Shown here: positions 16,509 to 26,380 of the stretch, piece after piece
Position numbering within the stretch: position 1 is the stretch's first letter
Layout: each line of letters starts with the position of its first letter
Assembly (NCBI GenBank): GCA_964527175.1
Contig: CAZGQQ010000002.1
Coordinates: 1-56,288, forward strand
DNA length: 56,288 nucleotides
Direction of reading: 5' to 3'
From: an uncultured Treponema sp.
GTDB lineage: Bacteria; Spirochaetota; Spirochaetia; Treponematales; Treponemataceae
Notes under the pieces: generated by a model
The model's database searches: none
What the model was told of the DNA's origin: nothing
The model's input: only the letters and a program-made list of their open reading frames with translations
Translations under genes and position numbers: made by a program

Positions 16509-19221
16509 AGGGGCACGGTTCGTTGCGTCCTACCTTGGGAACAACGCGTACAACCTGTGCCGCGGCAGGCTTGCTTGCAGACAGCGGTTGTGGTGCGCCT
16601 TTGCCGCCCCCTGCAAAGGCTCCCACGGCACGATGCTGGGCATCTCCCGCAATTATTTTGGCACGGCGGGCATGACCCGCTTCATCTTCGCTTTGAACCT
16701 TGACCAGAAATACGCGAGACGCAATCTCAAGCCGGATGTCGTCGAGCATGCTATAGAAAATGTCAAACCCTTCCAGTTTGTATTCGGTCAGCGGGTTTTT
16801 CTGTCCGTAGGAGCGGAGATACACCGCTTCCCTGAGCGATTCAAGATTCTCGAGGTGGTCCAGCCACTTACGGTCAATGGCATGAAGGTACTGGAAACGG
16901 ATAAATGAGTTGACATTGTCCTTTCCGGCGAGGCGTTCCTTTTCCGAAAGCTCTTTTTTAAGGTTTTCAAGGATTGGTGGTGCCGCTTCTTCCGGAGAAG
17001 ACGCAACGAGTGCCACCTCTTCATCACTGAGGGTGTAGCCGAAGGTTGTCTTCATGTATGCGGCCAAATTGGATATTGCTTCATCCCGGTTTTTACGTGA
17101 TGCAGAGGCACATTCTTCAATGGCAACATCAAGGGCTTCTTCTGCAGTGGTCAGAATGCGTTCGACCAGGTTTTCATCATCAAGTATGCTGTTGCGTTGT
17201 TTGTATATATACGTTCTCTGTTCATTGAGAACGTCATCGTATTCAAGGAGGTGTTTACGAATTTCATAGTTTCGCTGTTCAACCTTGGACTGGGCTCGTT
17301 CTATGGATTTGTTGAGCCAGGGGTGATAAATGGGCTCACCGCCAGACATACCGATTCTGGCCATGAGGCGCTTGAGATTTTCACCGCCGAACATGCGCAT
17401 AAGGTCGTCGTCGAGCGAGATGAAAAAGCGTGAGCGGCCGGGATCCCCCTGTCGACCGGAACGTCCGCGAAGCTGATTGTCTATGCGGCGGCTTTCATGG
17501 CGTTCGGTACCAATTACGTACAGTCCGCCTGCTTCCTTGACTTCGCGGTAATCATCCTGCCATTTTTTGAATTCTTCACGGTATGCGCGCAAGTATTCTT
17601 CGGTTGAGGCTTCTGTTCCGGCCCGTCTGCGGGCACGGAATTCCGGATTCCCTCCCAGCTTGATGTCTGTTCCGCGGCCTGCCATGTTGGTGGCTATGGT
17701 GATGGCCCCCCTGGAACCTGCTTCGGAAATGATAAGCGCTTCCCGCGCATGGTTTTTGGCATTCAACACTTCATGGCGAATACCCCGTTTGGTAAGAAGG
17801 CGGGAAATGTGTTCCGATTTCTCAATGGATACTGTTCCCACAAGCACCGGTTGCCCTTTCTTGTGTGCTTCTTCTATTTCATCGCACAGGGCATTCCATT
17901 TATCAGATTCATTCAGATATACCACATCGTCTTCGTCGGTACGGGCTACCGGAAGGTTCGTGGGAATCACCACAACATCGAGACCATAGATACTGTTAAA
18001 CTCGACTGCTTCGGTGTCTGCCGTACCGGTCATTCCCGAAAGCTTGTCATACATCCGGAAGAAATTTTGAAAGGTGATGGTTGCCATGGTACGGTTGCGC
18101 TGGGCAATACGAATTTTTTCTTTTGCCTCTATGGCCTGATGCAATCCGTCTCCGTATCGCCGCCCGTCCAGAATACGACCCGTAAATTCGTCTACTATTT
18201 GTACCTGACCCTCTTTGACGACGTAGTCGACATCATCTTTGTACAGTTTGTGGGCACGAACCGCCTGGGTGAAATAGTGTATATATTCAAAGTTCTGTTC
18301 TTCAAAGACACTCCCGCTGATCAGGTTCTGCTTTTGAAGCAATTCTTCGATCCGGTTCATACCCTGATCGGTAAACGAAACTTTCCTGCTTTTTTCGTCG
18401 AGCGTGTAATCGCCAACAATGGTTTCACCCTGCAATTCATCGGGGTATTCACCGGTTTCAGGATTTTTCTCGACTTCGGACAGCTGGCCAACCAGTTTGT
18501 CCACTTCAAAGAAACGGGCGGTATCATCTTCTCCGGATCCTGAAATGATGAGCGGTGTACGGGCTTCATCGATAAGGATGGAGTCAATTTCGTCCACAAT
18601 GGCGTAGGCAAAATCCCGCTGGGTCCATTCATCATGATACCACTTCATGTTGTCGCGCAGATAGTCGAACCCGAGTTCGTTGTTGGTTGCGTAGGTAATG
18701 TCGCAGGTATACGAGCGCCGACGGGAATCATTGTCCATGTTTGAAAGAATTGAACCGACGGTGACTCCCAGATACGAATATACCGGACGCATCCAGTCGG
18801 CATCGCGTTCGGCAAGATAATCGTTAACCGTAACAATATGTACACCGCGTCCGGTCAGGCTGTTCAGGTAGGCAGCCGCGACACTCATGAGGGTTTTACC
18901 TTCACCGGTTTTCATTTCAACGATTCTGCCTGAATGAAGCACTATGGATCCGAGCATCTGCACATCATAGGGCCGTTCACCGAGAACACGGCGGGCCGCT
19001 TCACGGGCAAGGGCGAATGCTTCGGGAAGCAGCGTATCCAGTGATTCTCCGGAGGAATATCGATCACGGAATTCGGCAGTTTTTTCCGGAAATTGTTCCG
19101 CAGTGAGTGAAACCGCCCATGACTCTCTGGAGTTTACCTGGTGCAGTACCGGAAGAAGCTTTTTTATGTCCCGTTCATGCTGGGAGCCAAAGAAAAGGCG
19201 GATAATCGTATCGGTAATCAT
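16468..19221 (-). CDS. secA: Preprotein translocase ATPase SecA
   Basis: MKTGEGKT, DEIDSILIDEARTPLIISG, ATNMAGRGTDI, QLRGRSGRQGDPG and SEC-C motif GRNEPCPCGSGKKYKHCC. Confidence 0.99.
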   Translation of the reverse strand: MITDTIIRLFFGSQHERDIKKLLPVLHQVNSRESWAVSLTAEQFPEKTAEFRDRYSSGESLDTLLPEAFALAREAARRVLGERPYDVQMLGSIVLHSGRIVEMKTGEGKTLMSVAAAYLNSLTGRGVHIVTVNDYLAERDADWMRPVYSYLGVTVGSILSNMDNDSRRRSYTCDITYATNNELGFDYLRDNMKWYHDEWTQRDFAYAIVDEIDSILIDEARTPLIISGSGEDDTARFFEVDKLVGQLSEVEKNPETGEYPDELQGETIVGDYTLDEKSRKVSFTDQGMNRIEELLQKQNLISGSVFEEQNFEYIHYFTQAVRAHKLYKDDVDYVVKEGQVQIVDEFTGRILDGRRYGDGLHQAIEAKEKIRIAQRNRTMATITFQNFFRMYDKLSGMTGTADTEAVEFNSIYGLDVVVIPTNLPVARTDEDDVVYLNESDKWNALCDEIEEAHKKGQPVLVGTVSIEKSEHISRLLTKRGIRHEVLNAKNHAREALIISEAGSRGAITIATNMAGRGTDIKLGGNPEFRARRRAGTEASTEEYLRAYREEFKKWQDDYREVKEAGGLYVIGTERHESRRIDNQLRGRSGRQGDPGRSRFFISLDDDLMRMFGGENLKRLMARIGMSGGEPIYHPWLNKSIERAQSKVEQRNYEIRKHLLEYDDVLNEQRTYIYKQRNSILDDENLVERILTTAEEALDVAIEECASASRKNRDEAISNLAAYMKTTFGYTLSDEEVALVASSPEEAAPPILENLKKELSEKERLAGKDNVNSFIRFQYLHAIDRKWLDHLENLESLREAVYLRSYGQKNPLTEYKLEGFDIFYSMLDDIRLEIASRVFLVKVQSEDEAGHARRAKIIAGDAQHRAVGAFAGGGKGAPQPLSASKPAAAQVVRVVPKVGRNEPCPCGSGKKYKHCCGR

Positions 19222-19227
19222 TGGTAT

Positions 19228-19278
19228 ATAGTACTAAATGTCCTCGCTGTTGACAAGCAAGGAAATCAATTCTACCCT
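19228..19278. promoter_or_regulatory. Back-to-back sigma70 promoters for secA (-) and the 19298 lipoprotein (+) with overlapping -35 boxes
   Basis: Minus strand: TTGTCA-17-TACTAT, then 6 nt to the secA ATG. Plus strand: TTGACA(19250)-17-TACCCT(19273). Confidence 0.6.
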
Positions 19279-19297
19279 GTTTCCCGGAGGATCTCTT

Positions 19298-20530
19298 ATG
19301 AAACCCGTTGTAACCGCCTTATGTACAATTCTCCTCTTTTTTTCGGGTACGGTATTCTTTTCAGGCTGTACTGCAGAATCTCGCAGTCTGCTGGAGCGCG
19401 AAAAACTTTTTTCCCTTTCCTATGGAAGGTTTGAGAATGAGATAGATCTTTTTCATCTTGAGTCCGGATCTGCAGGTCCGGATACCCAGATTTTCATGCG
19501 CGACGGTCTCATGTATATAACCAATTCAGGTGCGAAGAAGATTCTGCAATTCACTTCCTACGGGGATCTCCTGTCGGTATACTATAATCCTGAAACAAAT
19601 CCGGTACCTTCATTTGCCGGTTCCGGACAGGATGAGCGTCCTGCCACAGCGACCACCAGAAAAGCAATCTCATATCCGTTTAATCACCCGGTTTTTTTGT
19701 CCGTGGATATGCAGAAGCGTCTTTTTGTTGCGGATCGTCTGCCCCGTGAACGGTATGAATTTGACCGGGACGAACGGGTTGTCCTCCGGGATGTCGTGCT
19801 CCGTTTCAATCCGGACGGTCATTATCTTGATTTCCTTGGACAGGAAGGGCCGGGGGGAACACCGTTTCCTCCCATCAGTGCGTTGTATACCAATGCGGCA
19901 AACGAATTGGTCGTTATTGCGAGAACTCCGGACAACACCATGGTATTCTGGTTTGACCAGGACGGTTCACTGTTGTACCGCATACCGGTTTCGGTCACCG
20001 CATTGCCTTCACCCTATCCATCACAGGATAAAGCACTTCCCACTCTGGATAGAATAGTCATGGATTACAATCAGCCAATTCTGTATCTCAAGATTGACTA
20101 TCATATTCCCATAGTAGATCCGGCCACCGGTGCGGATGCAGGAATAGCCTATGATTCAAGCGCCGTGTATCCGTTCAATCTGGAACAGGGGTCGTATGGA
20201 GAGCGCATCGATGTGCCCTGTTATGAAGGAGTGGACAAAGACAGCCAGGGAATGTTCACCTACCGGAAACCCTATGAATTTCTCGGGATAACCGCCAACA
20301 AATGGTTATTCTTCATTACACCGGTCGATGAAGGATATTTGCTTGAGGTAATGGACAGCAGAACAAGCCGGGTCTATCAGCGACTGCTTCATGTTTCCCG
20401 TGATGAGCTCGTGTATAACGCACTGGTTTTGTCTGATGACGGCATCCTTTCAGCTCTCCTTGCGTCCGGGATATCCGCTTCGGTGGTGTGGTGGCGTACC
20501 GATACGCTTACGGGGGAAATACGCCGATGA
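19298..20530 (+). CDS. Spirochaete lipoprotein (LIC_12708-like, probable beta-propeller)
   Basis: SD GGAGG; lipobox FFSGC; NHL-like segments (YITNSGAKKILQF, PFNHPVFLSVD..LFVAD) and GQEGPGGTPFP. Confidence 0.65.
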   Translation: MKPVVTALCTILLFFSGTVFFSGCTAESRSLLEREKLFSLSYGRFENEIDLFHLESGSAGPDTQIFMRDGLMYITNSGAKKILQFTSYGDLLSVYYNPETNPVPSFAGSGQDERPATATTRKAISYPFNHPVFLSVDMQKRLFVADRLPRERYEFDRDERVVLRDVVLRFNPDGHYLDFLGQEGPGGTPFPPISALYTNAANELVVIARTPDNTMVFWFDQDGSLLYRIPVSVTALPSPYPSQDKALPTLDRIVMDYNQPILYLKIDYHIPIVDPATGADAGIAYDSSAVYPFNLEQGSYGERIDVPCYEGVDKDSQGMFTYRKPYEFLGITANKWLFFITPVDEGYLLEVMDSRTSRVYQRLLHVSRDELVYNALVLSDDGILSALLASGISASVVWWRTDTLTGEIRR

Positions 20531-21060
20531 GGGAGACCCGTGATCCGGAAAAACCGGATATCGTCTTTCATTACAACCGTGAACGACGGCTGGAACATGC
20601 ACCCGAATCCGTAAGGAAGGCCTATGAACAGGGGCAGCCGCAGCGTCCCGGTCTTATACGGGGATTGACGGCTACCCCCGGACTCAGAAGCATTTTTTTC
20701 GTCATCGTTCTGCTTTCTGTTATCGTCATCGGTCTTTCCCTGTTCGGAACCCCCCGTGGCTACGCAAAAATCGGGACGGTTCCGGTTCAGCTCAAGGCGT
20801 TTCTTTTTGACGAGCAGGTGTATGTAAGCCTGACCTGTATGGAATCCGCTCCGGACGCTCCTGTTCCAATTCGTGCTGTTCTTGAAATCCTGGATGGAGA
20901 CGGAATTGTTGTGGATTCACGGGAGATGAACGCCCGGTATACTGGTGAAAAACTGGTATTGCGAAACGTTTTCACCGATCATGATATACGTACCGTTCGC
21001 GCTACGCTTGTCTCCGGGAATTCTACTGCGACAACTGCTGTCTCTGTTGACCGGAAGTGA
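20527..21060 (+). CDS. Hypothetical single-TM membrane protein
   Basis: ATGA overlap with the upstream stop; FHYNRERRL motif and one hydrophobic helix. Confidence 0.7.
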   Translation: MRETRDPEKPDIVFHYNRERRLEHAPESVRKAYEQGQPQRPGLIRGLTATPGLRSIFFVIVLLSVIVIGLSLFGTPRGYAKIGTVPVQLKAFLFDEQVYVSLTCMESAPDAPVPIRAVLEILDGDGIVVDSREMNARYTGEKLVLRNVFTDHDIRTVRATLVSGNSTATTAVSVDRK

Positions 21061-21095
21061 TCTTTTTACTATCCTTTGAGTAACAGGAGAGAAAA

Positions 21096-21509
21096 ATGCT
21101 GCAGTTTTATTTTCTTTCAATTCTGCTTAACGCGGTTACCGGACTGGTGTTGCTCTTTGCAGATCGTGCCCAGCGTGACGAACAGGATTCTCACGTGTTT
21201 CCCGATATTGCATATGATGAGACCTTTCGCCTGGTGCTTGGAATACTCACCGGGATAGTTGGTTTTTTCAAGCTGCTTACCGTCGTTCGGGGAGATGTCC
21301 CGGTTCTGGGCGATCTTTTTTCCGCAGTTGCCGGTATGGCTGCCGGATTCATGCTGTTGTATGAATTCTATCGATCACGTTCCAATGTACAGGAAGAAAC
21401 GTTGCCGCCGGTTGTCCTGCGGTTCATTGCCTCAAAACGATACGTCGGGATAATTGCCATTGTTTCAGCTGCGTTGCATTTTCTCTTCCCCACGGTACTG
21501 TTTCTCTGA
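21096..21509 (+). CDS. Hypothetical 4-TM membrane protein
   Basis: SD AGGAG; four hydrophobic segments; promoter-like TTGACC(21047)-17-TATCCT upstream. Confidence 0.75.
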   Translation: MLQFYFLSILLNAVTGLVLLFADRAQRDEQDSHVFPDIAYDETFRLVLGILTGIVGFFKLLTVVRGDVPVLGDLFSAVAGMAAGFMLLYEFYRSRSNVQEETLPPVVLRFIASKRYVGIIAIVSAALHFLFPTVLFL

Positions 21510-21511
21510 GT

Positions 21512-21916
21512 ATGAATACTTCAATCGCCGGAATCATTTATCTTGAAGGACGCTTTCTCGTTGGACGGCGGATTGACGGAGGCCAGATGGGGGGCAGGTG
21601 GGAGTTCCCCGGCGGAAAAGTTGAGCCGGGGGAAACCCCCGGGCAAACAATTGTTCGTGAATTCCGGGAAGAACTCGGACTCGACGCGACACCGGGCGAG
21701 CGTATTGCCTCTGCTGAATTTGAAAACAGCAACGGGTGTGTTACCCTTCTGGCGTTTCGGGTATATTTGGCACTCGATAAAAAAGTGACACTAACCGAAC
21801 ATACTGAATTGTCCTGGATGACTCTCGATGAAATTGAAGGGCTTGATCTCGTAGATTCGGATCGGTTGTTGATTCCTGCATTGCGGGAATGGAGCGCGCA
21901 TGACCCGGATCGCTAG
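21512..21916 (+). CDS. NUDIX hydrolase, MutT-like
   Basis: Nudix box WEFPGGKVEPGETPGQTIVREFREELG. Confidence 0.92.
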   Translation: MNTSIAGIIYLEGRFLVGRRIDGGQMGGRWEFPGGKVEPGETPGQTIVREFREELGLDATPGERIASAEFENSNGCVTLLAFRVYLALDKKVTLTEHTELSWMTLDEIEGLDLVDSDRLLIPALREWSAHDPDR

Positions 21917-22295
21917 TCTGACGGTACTTGTCCTGCTTCTTGCCTCATGCGCAAAAGAACAAACTGTTGCCGCGCTTTCTTTTGATTCCTCTCCGGTTAT
22001 TTCCCGCGAACAACGGGTTGCGCTCGTCGTAGACCCGTATATTGCATTAAGGGATCAACCGGGAGACACCGGAATAACCGTTGCTCATGCACGAAGAGGT
22101 GAGGTGTACCTGGTACGGGGAAAGCGTATTGTGGAAACAGCGGGAACCCGCGTTGTTTGGGTTTCCCTGGAGAACGGATGGGTTATCGAAAATTCACTGC
22201 AGTTTTACTCGTCGGAAGCACGGGCCCGGTCTGCGGGTAAAAGTCTGCAGACGGTTGCTCCCGGCACCGATTCTCCGGACGGTATTGTCTGGTAG
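21900..22295 (+). CDS. Putative lipoprotein, possibly SH3b-like
   Basis: Lipobox LLASC; ALRDQP...RRGEV...W...GWV pattern. Confidence 0.65.
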   Translation: MTRIASLTVLVLLLASCAKEQTVAALSFDSSPVISREQRVALVVDPYIALRDQPGDTGITVAHARRGEVYLVRGKRIVETAGTRVVWVSLENGWVIENSLQFYSSEARARSAGKSLQTVAPGTDSPDGIVW

Positions 22296-22318
22296 CTCCC
22301 GAATATAACGGTGAATTC

Positions 22319-23347
22319 CTATTCTTTTTTACCCAATTGACCGCAGGCTCCGCCTATTGTCCTGCCGCGGTGTGTCCTGAGTGTAACATTCAGATTGAGT
22401 GATTCAAGTTTTGAGACAAATCGTTCTGTTTCGCTTCTGGAAGGAGTTGCAAAGGGCAGCTCCGGGACTGCATTCCAGGGTATGAGATTGATATGCACCG
22501 GTAATCCCTCCGCGAAATGCGCCAGTTCTGCCGCATCAGAGTCCCCGGTATTAACGCCTCCCATGAGCGCTGCTTCCAGCGTTACCCGTTTCCCGGTTTT
22601 TTCGCAATAATAGGCAATAGCCTTTTTCAGTTCATGAAGGGGATTTGCCCGGGTTACCGGCATGAGTTCGGTTCTGAGTGATTCATTTGCGGTTGTCAGG
22701 GATACCGCAAGACGAATGTCAGGACCATTGTCTGCCAGACTTCTGATCCCGTCGCATAACCCGCAGGTAGATATGGTAATACGGCGCTTTGAAAGTGCCC
22801 GTCCTTCCGGATGGGTGAGGATGGAAACCGTTTTTCTGATGGCATCAAGATTCAGCATGGGCTCACCCATCCCCATGAACACAATTGAATCGAGTTTCCC
22901 TGCTTTTTTTTCAAGGTGTAAAAACTGCTCGACTATCTCGCTTGTTTCCAGATTCCGGCTGTAGCCTATATGCCCGGTTTGACAAAATGCGCATTGCATG
23001 GGGCATCCAACCTGGCATGAAACACACGCTGTTTTTCTTCCGGCAGCATCAACAAGCAGTACCGTTTCAACGGCTCCGCCGTCCGCAAGGGCAATCTGGA
23101 GTTTAATGGTCCCGTCCGGATCTTCAAGGGTTTGTCCGACCTGTGTTGAGTACAGTATTTCCTTGCTGCTCCATCGTTCACGGTCTGAGGGGGAAATATT
23201 GGTCATGACGGAAAAACTGTCTGCGCCGGAAGCAATCCAGCGGAACAACTGGCGGGATCTGAACTGTTTGTCCATTTCAAGATGTGAAAAAAGCTCTTCG
23301 GGAGTCATTCCCGTAAGAGCTTTTTGTGCGGGAAGGGGAGACGTCAT
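22319..23347 (-). CDS. rlmN: 23S rRNA m2A2503 / tRNA radical SAM methyltransferase RlmN
   Basis: DGTIK, ETVL, CVSCQVGCPMQCAFC, FMGMGEP, INLIPWN and GACGQL; start placed at MTSPLP. Confidence 0.96.
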   Translation of the reverse strand: MTSPLPAQKALTGMTPEELFSHLEMDKQFRSRQLFRWIASGADSFSVMTNISPSDRERWSSKEILYSTQVGQTLEDPDGTIKLQIALADGGAVETVLLVDAAGRKTACVSCQVGCPMQCAFCQTGHIGYSRNLETSEIVEQFLHLEKKAGKLDSIVFMGMGEPMLNLDAIRKTVSILTHPEGRALSKRRITISTCGLCDGIRSLADNGPDIRLAVSLTTANESLRTELMPVTRANPLHELKKAIAYYCEKTGKRVTLEAALMGGVNTGDSDAAELAHFAEGLPVHINLIPWNAVPELPFATPSRSETERFVSKLESLNLNVTLRTHRGRTIGGACGQLGKKE

Positions 23348-23349
23348 TG

Positions 23350-24492
23350 CTATGATTTGAGACGATCGAGCATATCGGAAACCATCTGATTCCGTATTCC
23401 CAATTTCTGGAAATCCTGCAAAATGCTTATCGCTTTTTGTCTGTCGCCAATGTTCAGGTAGCACTCTGCAAGCTCAACATAGAGTCGTGCATTTTTTGCA
23501 TCTGACTGGATAAGCCGGGCAAGACTGACCGCTGCTTCTTCATAGCGCCCCTGAATTTTGCTGATCATGGCCAGACCCAATACCGCGTACACATCAAATT
23601 CGATATCAAGTGCTTTTTGATAATACTGCTGGGCAGTGTCGTAATCTCCCATGTTCCGGTATGCATCTCCGGCTCGGGTAAGAATAACCTTGTTATTGGG
23701 ATCATTGTCCAGGATGCGGTTCCAATATTCAACTGAACGGAATTGCTGGTTCATGCCGCGGTAACAGTCTGCCAAACCGAACAGGGCATAAAAATTATCG
23801 GTATCCATGCTCAGTGCCCGTTCAAAAAAAACAATTCCCTGTTCAAACGTTTTCAGCTTGCGGTGACAGTTGCCAATAGAGGTGAGTACCCTGATATCTA
23901 CCTGTCCTTCGTTCATTTCAAGCATTTTTTGCCAGTAATACAGCGCATCGCGGTATTCTTTGAAATCGTAATGAAGATGACCCAGACCGATCAGGGCATA
24001 CGGATTGTTCTCTTCCATGTCGAGAACACGAAGGTAGAGAATTTTGGATTGCTTGAAGTCCCGAATCTTACGATATGCATCGGCAACCCGGGTGAGAACC
24101 GTAATGTTCCGGTCATCATGCTGGAGATACTGTTCCCAGATTTCAATGGCCTTGTTGTACTGGTTCAGTGCCTTGTAGCAATCTGCAAGACCAAAAAGGG
24201 CGTAATTGTTGCCAGGATGAAAAGAAAGGCACGTTGTGTAGTAATCGACGGCTTCACGGTAATGATTCCGTTTACGTGCCGAATCACCCAACCCGACGAG
24301 CGCGTAATTATTGTCCTTTTCCAGTTCAAGTATTTTACGGAATGCATTTTCTGCTTCATCGATATGATTATCCTTGAGCAGAAGATACCCGTTTTTGGAA
24401 ATTTCGGCAATTTCATTGAATTTTTTATCTTCTTCCGTTGTGCCGGTTGTGGGTTCCGGTATAGGCGGCATTTCATGCAGAATGTCTGTCAT
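23350..24492 (-). CDS. Tetratricopeptide repeat protein
   Basis: About 10 consecutive ~34-aa TPR units (NNYALVGLGD, NNYALFGLAD, NPYALIGLGH and others). Confidence 0.92.
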   Translation of the reverse strand: MTDILHEMPPIPEPTTGTTEEDKKFNEIAEISKNGYLLLKDNHIDEAENAFRKILELEKDNNYALVGLGDSARKRNHYREAVDYYTTCLSFHPGNNYALFGLADCYKALNQYNKAIEIWEQYLQHDDRNITVLTRVADAYRKIRDFKQSKILYLRVLDMEENNPYALIGLGHLHYDFKEYRDALYYWQKMLEMNEGQVDIRVLTSIGNCHRKLKTFEQGIVFFERALSMDTDNFYALFGLADCYRGMNQQFRSVEYWNRILDNDPNNKVILTRAGDAYRNMGDYDTAQQYYQKALDIEFDVYAVLGLAMISKIQGRYEEAAVSLARLIQSDAKNARLYVELAECYLNIGDRQKAISILQDFQKLGIRNQMVSDMLDRLKS

Positions 24493-24506
24493 TTCGGTTA
24501 CCTCTT

Positions 24507-24845
24507 TTACATTCCCGTCAGTATTGATCGAATCAGTAATGCAAGTTTTTGTACTAATGGGTCAGCCTTTCTTTTGTTATGCGCAAGCCAATACAGCTTG
24601 AGTGCTTCAACTGACTTGCCCTGTTCTTCAAGAATATCTCCCACACGGGTCAAACCGTCGGAATAACCGGTTGTTTTAAAGATCCGTTTTGCCGTTTCTA
24701 TATCTCCCCGGTTAAAAAATTCGTTGCCCTTCCGGTTCAGTGCCGCTTTCTGCTCTGCAGTTACTGCGGTACTGGGCAAATCCGAACTCTTAATCAGGCT
24801 TTCATGTAAAAACCGGTCAAATACATCTTTTTTTTCAGCGTTCAA
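24507..24845 (-). CDS. Hypothetical protein (TPR-like helices)
   Basis: LNRKGNEFFNRGDIETAKRIF...ALKLYW; in operon with the TPR gene. Confidence 0.7.
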   Translation of the reverse strand: MNAEKKDVFDRFLHESLIKSSDLPSTAVTAEQKAALNRKGNEFFNRGDIETAKRIFKTTGYSDGLTRVGDILEEQGKSVEALKLYWLAHNKRKADPLVQKLALLIRSILTGM

Positions 24846-24907
24846 GAGCTATCCTATGATCATAATAAGAAATATTTACGGTGAATTCAAGAAGAATTGT
24901 CGTAATT

Positions 24908-25438
24908 TCATCCTTTTGTGTAAAAATCGATAATTGACCGTCCATATTCACGCTGATCGGTTTTATGCATAATTCCGATGCTCACGGGCATATCCAGTTC
25001 TCTTGGCCGGTGGATTATCGCCATTCCTCCCATTGCACAAACACGGCCGTTCCCTGCCGCTTCAATGAGTTCCCGATGATATTTGTACGGAAACGGAGGA
25101 TCCATATACAGTATATCGAATTCTGTCCTGGCGCGCTTTAAAAACAATTCAACCGGCTGAAATTTGCATTCAATCCGGTTTGGTGCCATGGCAATATTCC
25201 TGAAAATGGTTTCGACTTTCACCGGGTCTTTTTCCACCAGATACACCGGATGTGCTCCGCGCGAGGATGCTTCCAGTGCGCAAACTCCGGAACCGCTGAA
25301 AAGGTCCAGAAACGATTTTCCGGCGAGATCGCCCAGTATTGCAAAGAGGGATTCTCGCATACGGTCCATGGCCGGACGTATGGTTCCTCCCGGACAGATA
25401 ACCGTTCGGCCAGCAAGTATTCCACCGGTAATTCGCAT
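24908..25438 (-). CDS. rsmD: 16S rRNA m2G966 methyltransferase RsmD
   Basis: MRITGG, RPAMDRMRESLF, FLDLFSGSG..ALEASSRGA, DPPF and REYG. Confidence 0.93.
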   Translation of the reverse strand: MRITGGILAGRTVICPGGTIRPAMDRMRESLFAILGDLAGKSFLDLFSGSGVCALEASSRGAHPVYLVEKDPVKVETIFRNIAMAPNRIECKFQPVELFLKRARTEFDILYMDPPFPYKYHRELIEAAGNGRVCAMGGMAIIHRPRELDMPVSIGIMHKTDQREYGRSIIDFYTKG

Positions 25439-25475
25439 AACAAACGCCCCTGATTCAACGTGATGAAACAGTATA

Positions 25476-25916
25476 TCAGAAATTTAACAGTTCGCTCAAT
25501 TCATTGCTGGACACAATGTCCCGGCTATCAAGTGATTTGCTGCTTTTTTGTATGGAATTGCTTATTTCAATCCTGATCATGCCCTGCATGTTTCTGATGT
25601 TCTGGAGCTTTGCCAGAAATCCGGTGAAATGTTCACTCATTGATGATTGCCCTTTAAGAATTGTGTCGAGCAACCGTAAAAAGCGTTCCTGGCAGGAATA
25701 CAGGCTGTGCAGAATGGACACGTAATCGGAAACCTGGCTGTTGTCCTGAATTTGGCGGTACATTTTTTGTATGGATGCATCAAAAAAGAGCATGTCGTCG
25801 ACAGTTTTATCAAAAAAGTAATCCGGACACAGATCGAGCAGGAGACCTTCGTATACAACATCAATTGAGCGGCACAGTTGATACAGATTATCCTGAAATA
25901 CAATATTTTTGAGCAT
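25476..25916 (-). CDS. Hypothetical helical protein
   Basis: SD AAGGAG before MLKNIVF; 146 aa; no motif recognised. Confidence 0.7.
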   Translation of the reverse strand: MLKNIVFQDNLYQLCRSIDVVYEGLLLDLCPDYFFDKTVDDMLFFDASIQKMYRQIQDNSQVSDYVSILHSLYSCQERFLRLLDTILKGQSSMSEHFTGFLAKLQNIRNMQGMIRIEISNSIQKSSKSLDSRDIVSSNELSELLNF

Positions 25917-26028
25917 GATTTCTCCTTGTCTTTGACTCTCTTTCACTATCGGCACAAGGAGGCGCAGCCTTGACCAAAGGGACGCTACCTGATACTCTTT
26001 ATTCTCCGGAAACAGTTGATTTCCGTAC

Positions 26029-26078
26029 TACTCCCGCCCGTTAACACGGGCCCAGAAATGTGTCCATGAGGAGGATCC
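26029..26078 (+). promoter_or_regulatory. Putative bS6:bS18 (rpsF) ribosomal leader RNA
   Basis: CTCC (anti-SD), then a GCCCG/CGGGC hairpin, CC...CCA and the GAGGAGG SD; this matches the layout of the known rpsF autoregulatory leader. Confidence 0.6.
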
Positions 26079-26363
26079 ATGAGAACGTATGAATTGATGG
26101 TCGTGTTCCCGCTCGATGAAGAACGGTTCAAGACCAGCGCAGAGGCAGTACGCACCGTACTCGCCGATCACGGTGCGCAGATTGCCAGCGAAGAGCCCTA
26201 TGGCGACCGTGAATTGACCTATGAAATCAAGAAACAGACAAAGGGACGGTATGTGCTTTTTAACATAACCGCTTCTCCCGAGAAAATCGTCGAAATTGAC
26301 CGACAGTTCAAACTGATGGCTGACTTGTTGACTTTCCTCTTCGTTCGTGTAGACGAAAAATAA
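26079..26363 (+). CDS. rpsF: 30S ribosomal protein S6
   Basis: MRTYELMVVF, GDRELTYEIKK..GRY; first gene of rpsF-ssb-rpsR. Confidence 0.96.
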   Translation: MRTYELMVVFPLDEERFKTSAEAVRTVLADHGAQIASEEPYGDRELTYEIKKQTKGRYVLFNITASPEKIVEIDRQFKLMADLLTFLFVRVDEK

Positions 26364-26380
26364 CCGAAAAGGAGCATGCT

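Noticed and set aside
17749-18543. 264-aa ORF antisense to secA (similar ones lie opposite rpsB, tsf and rpoD)
   Set aside because: These are typical stop-poor antisense frames of conserved genes.
23743-24666. 307-aa ORF antisense to the TPR gene
   Set aside because: It is an antisense shadow of a well-supported gene, with no SD or motif.
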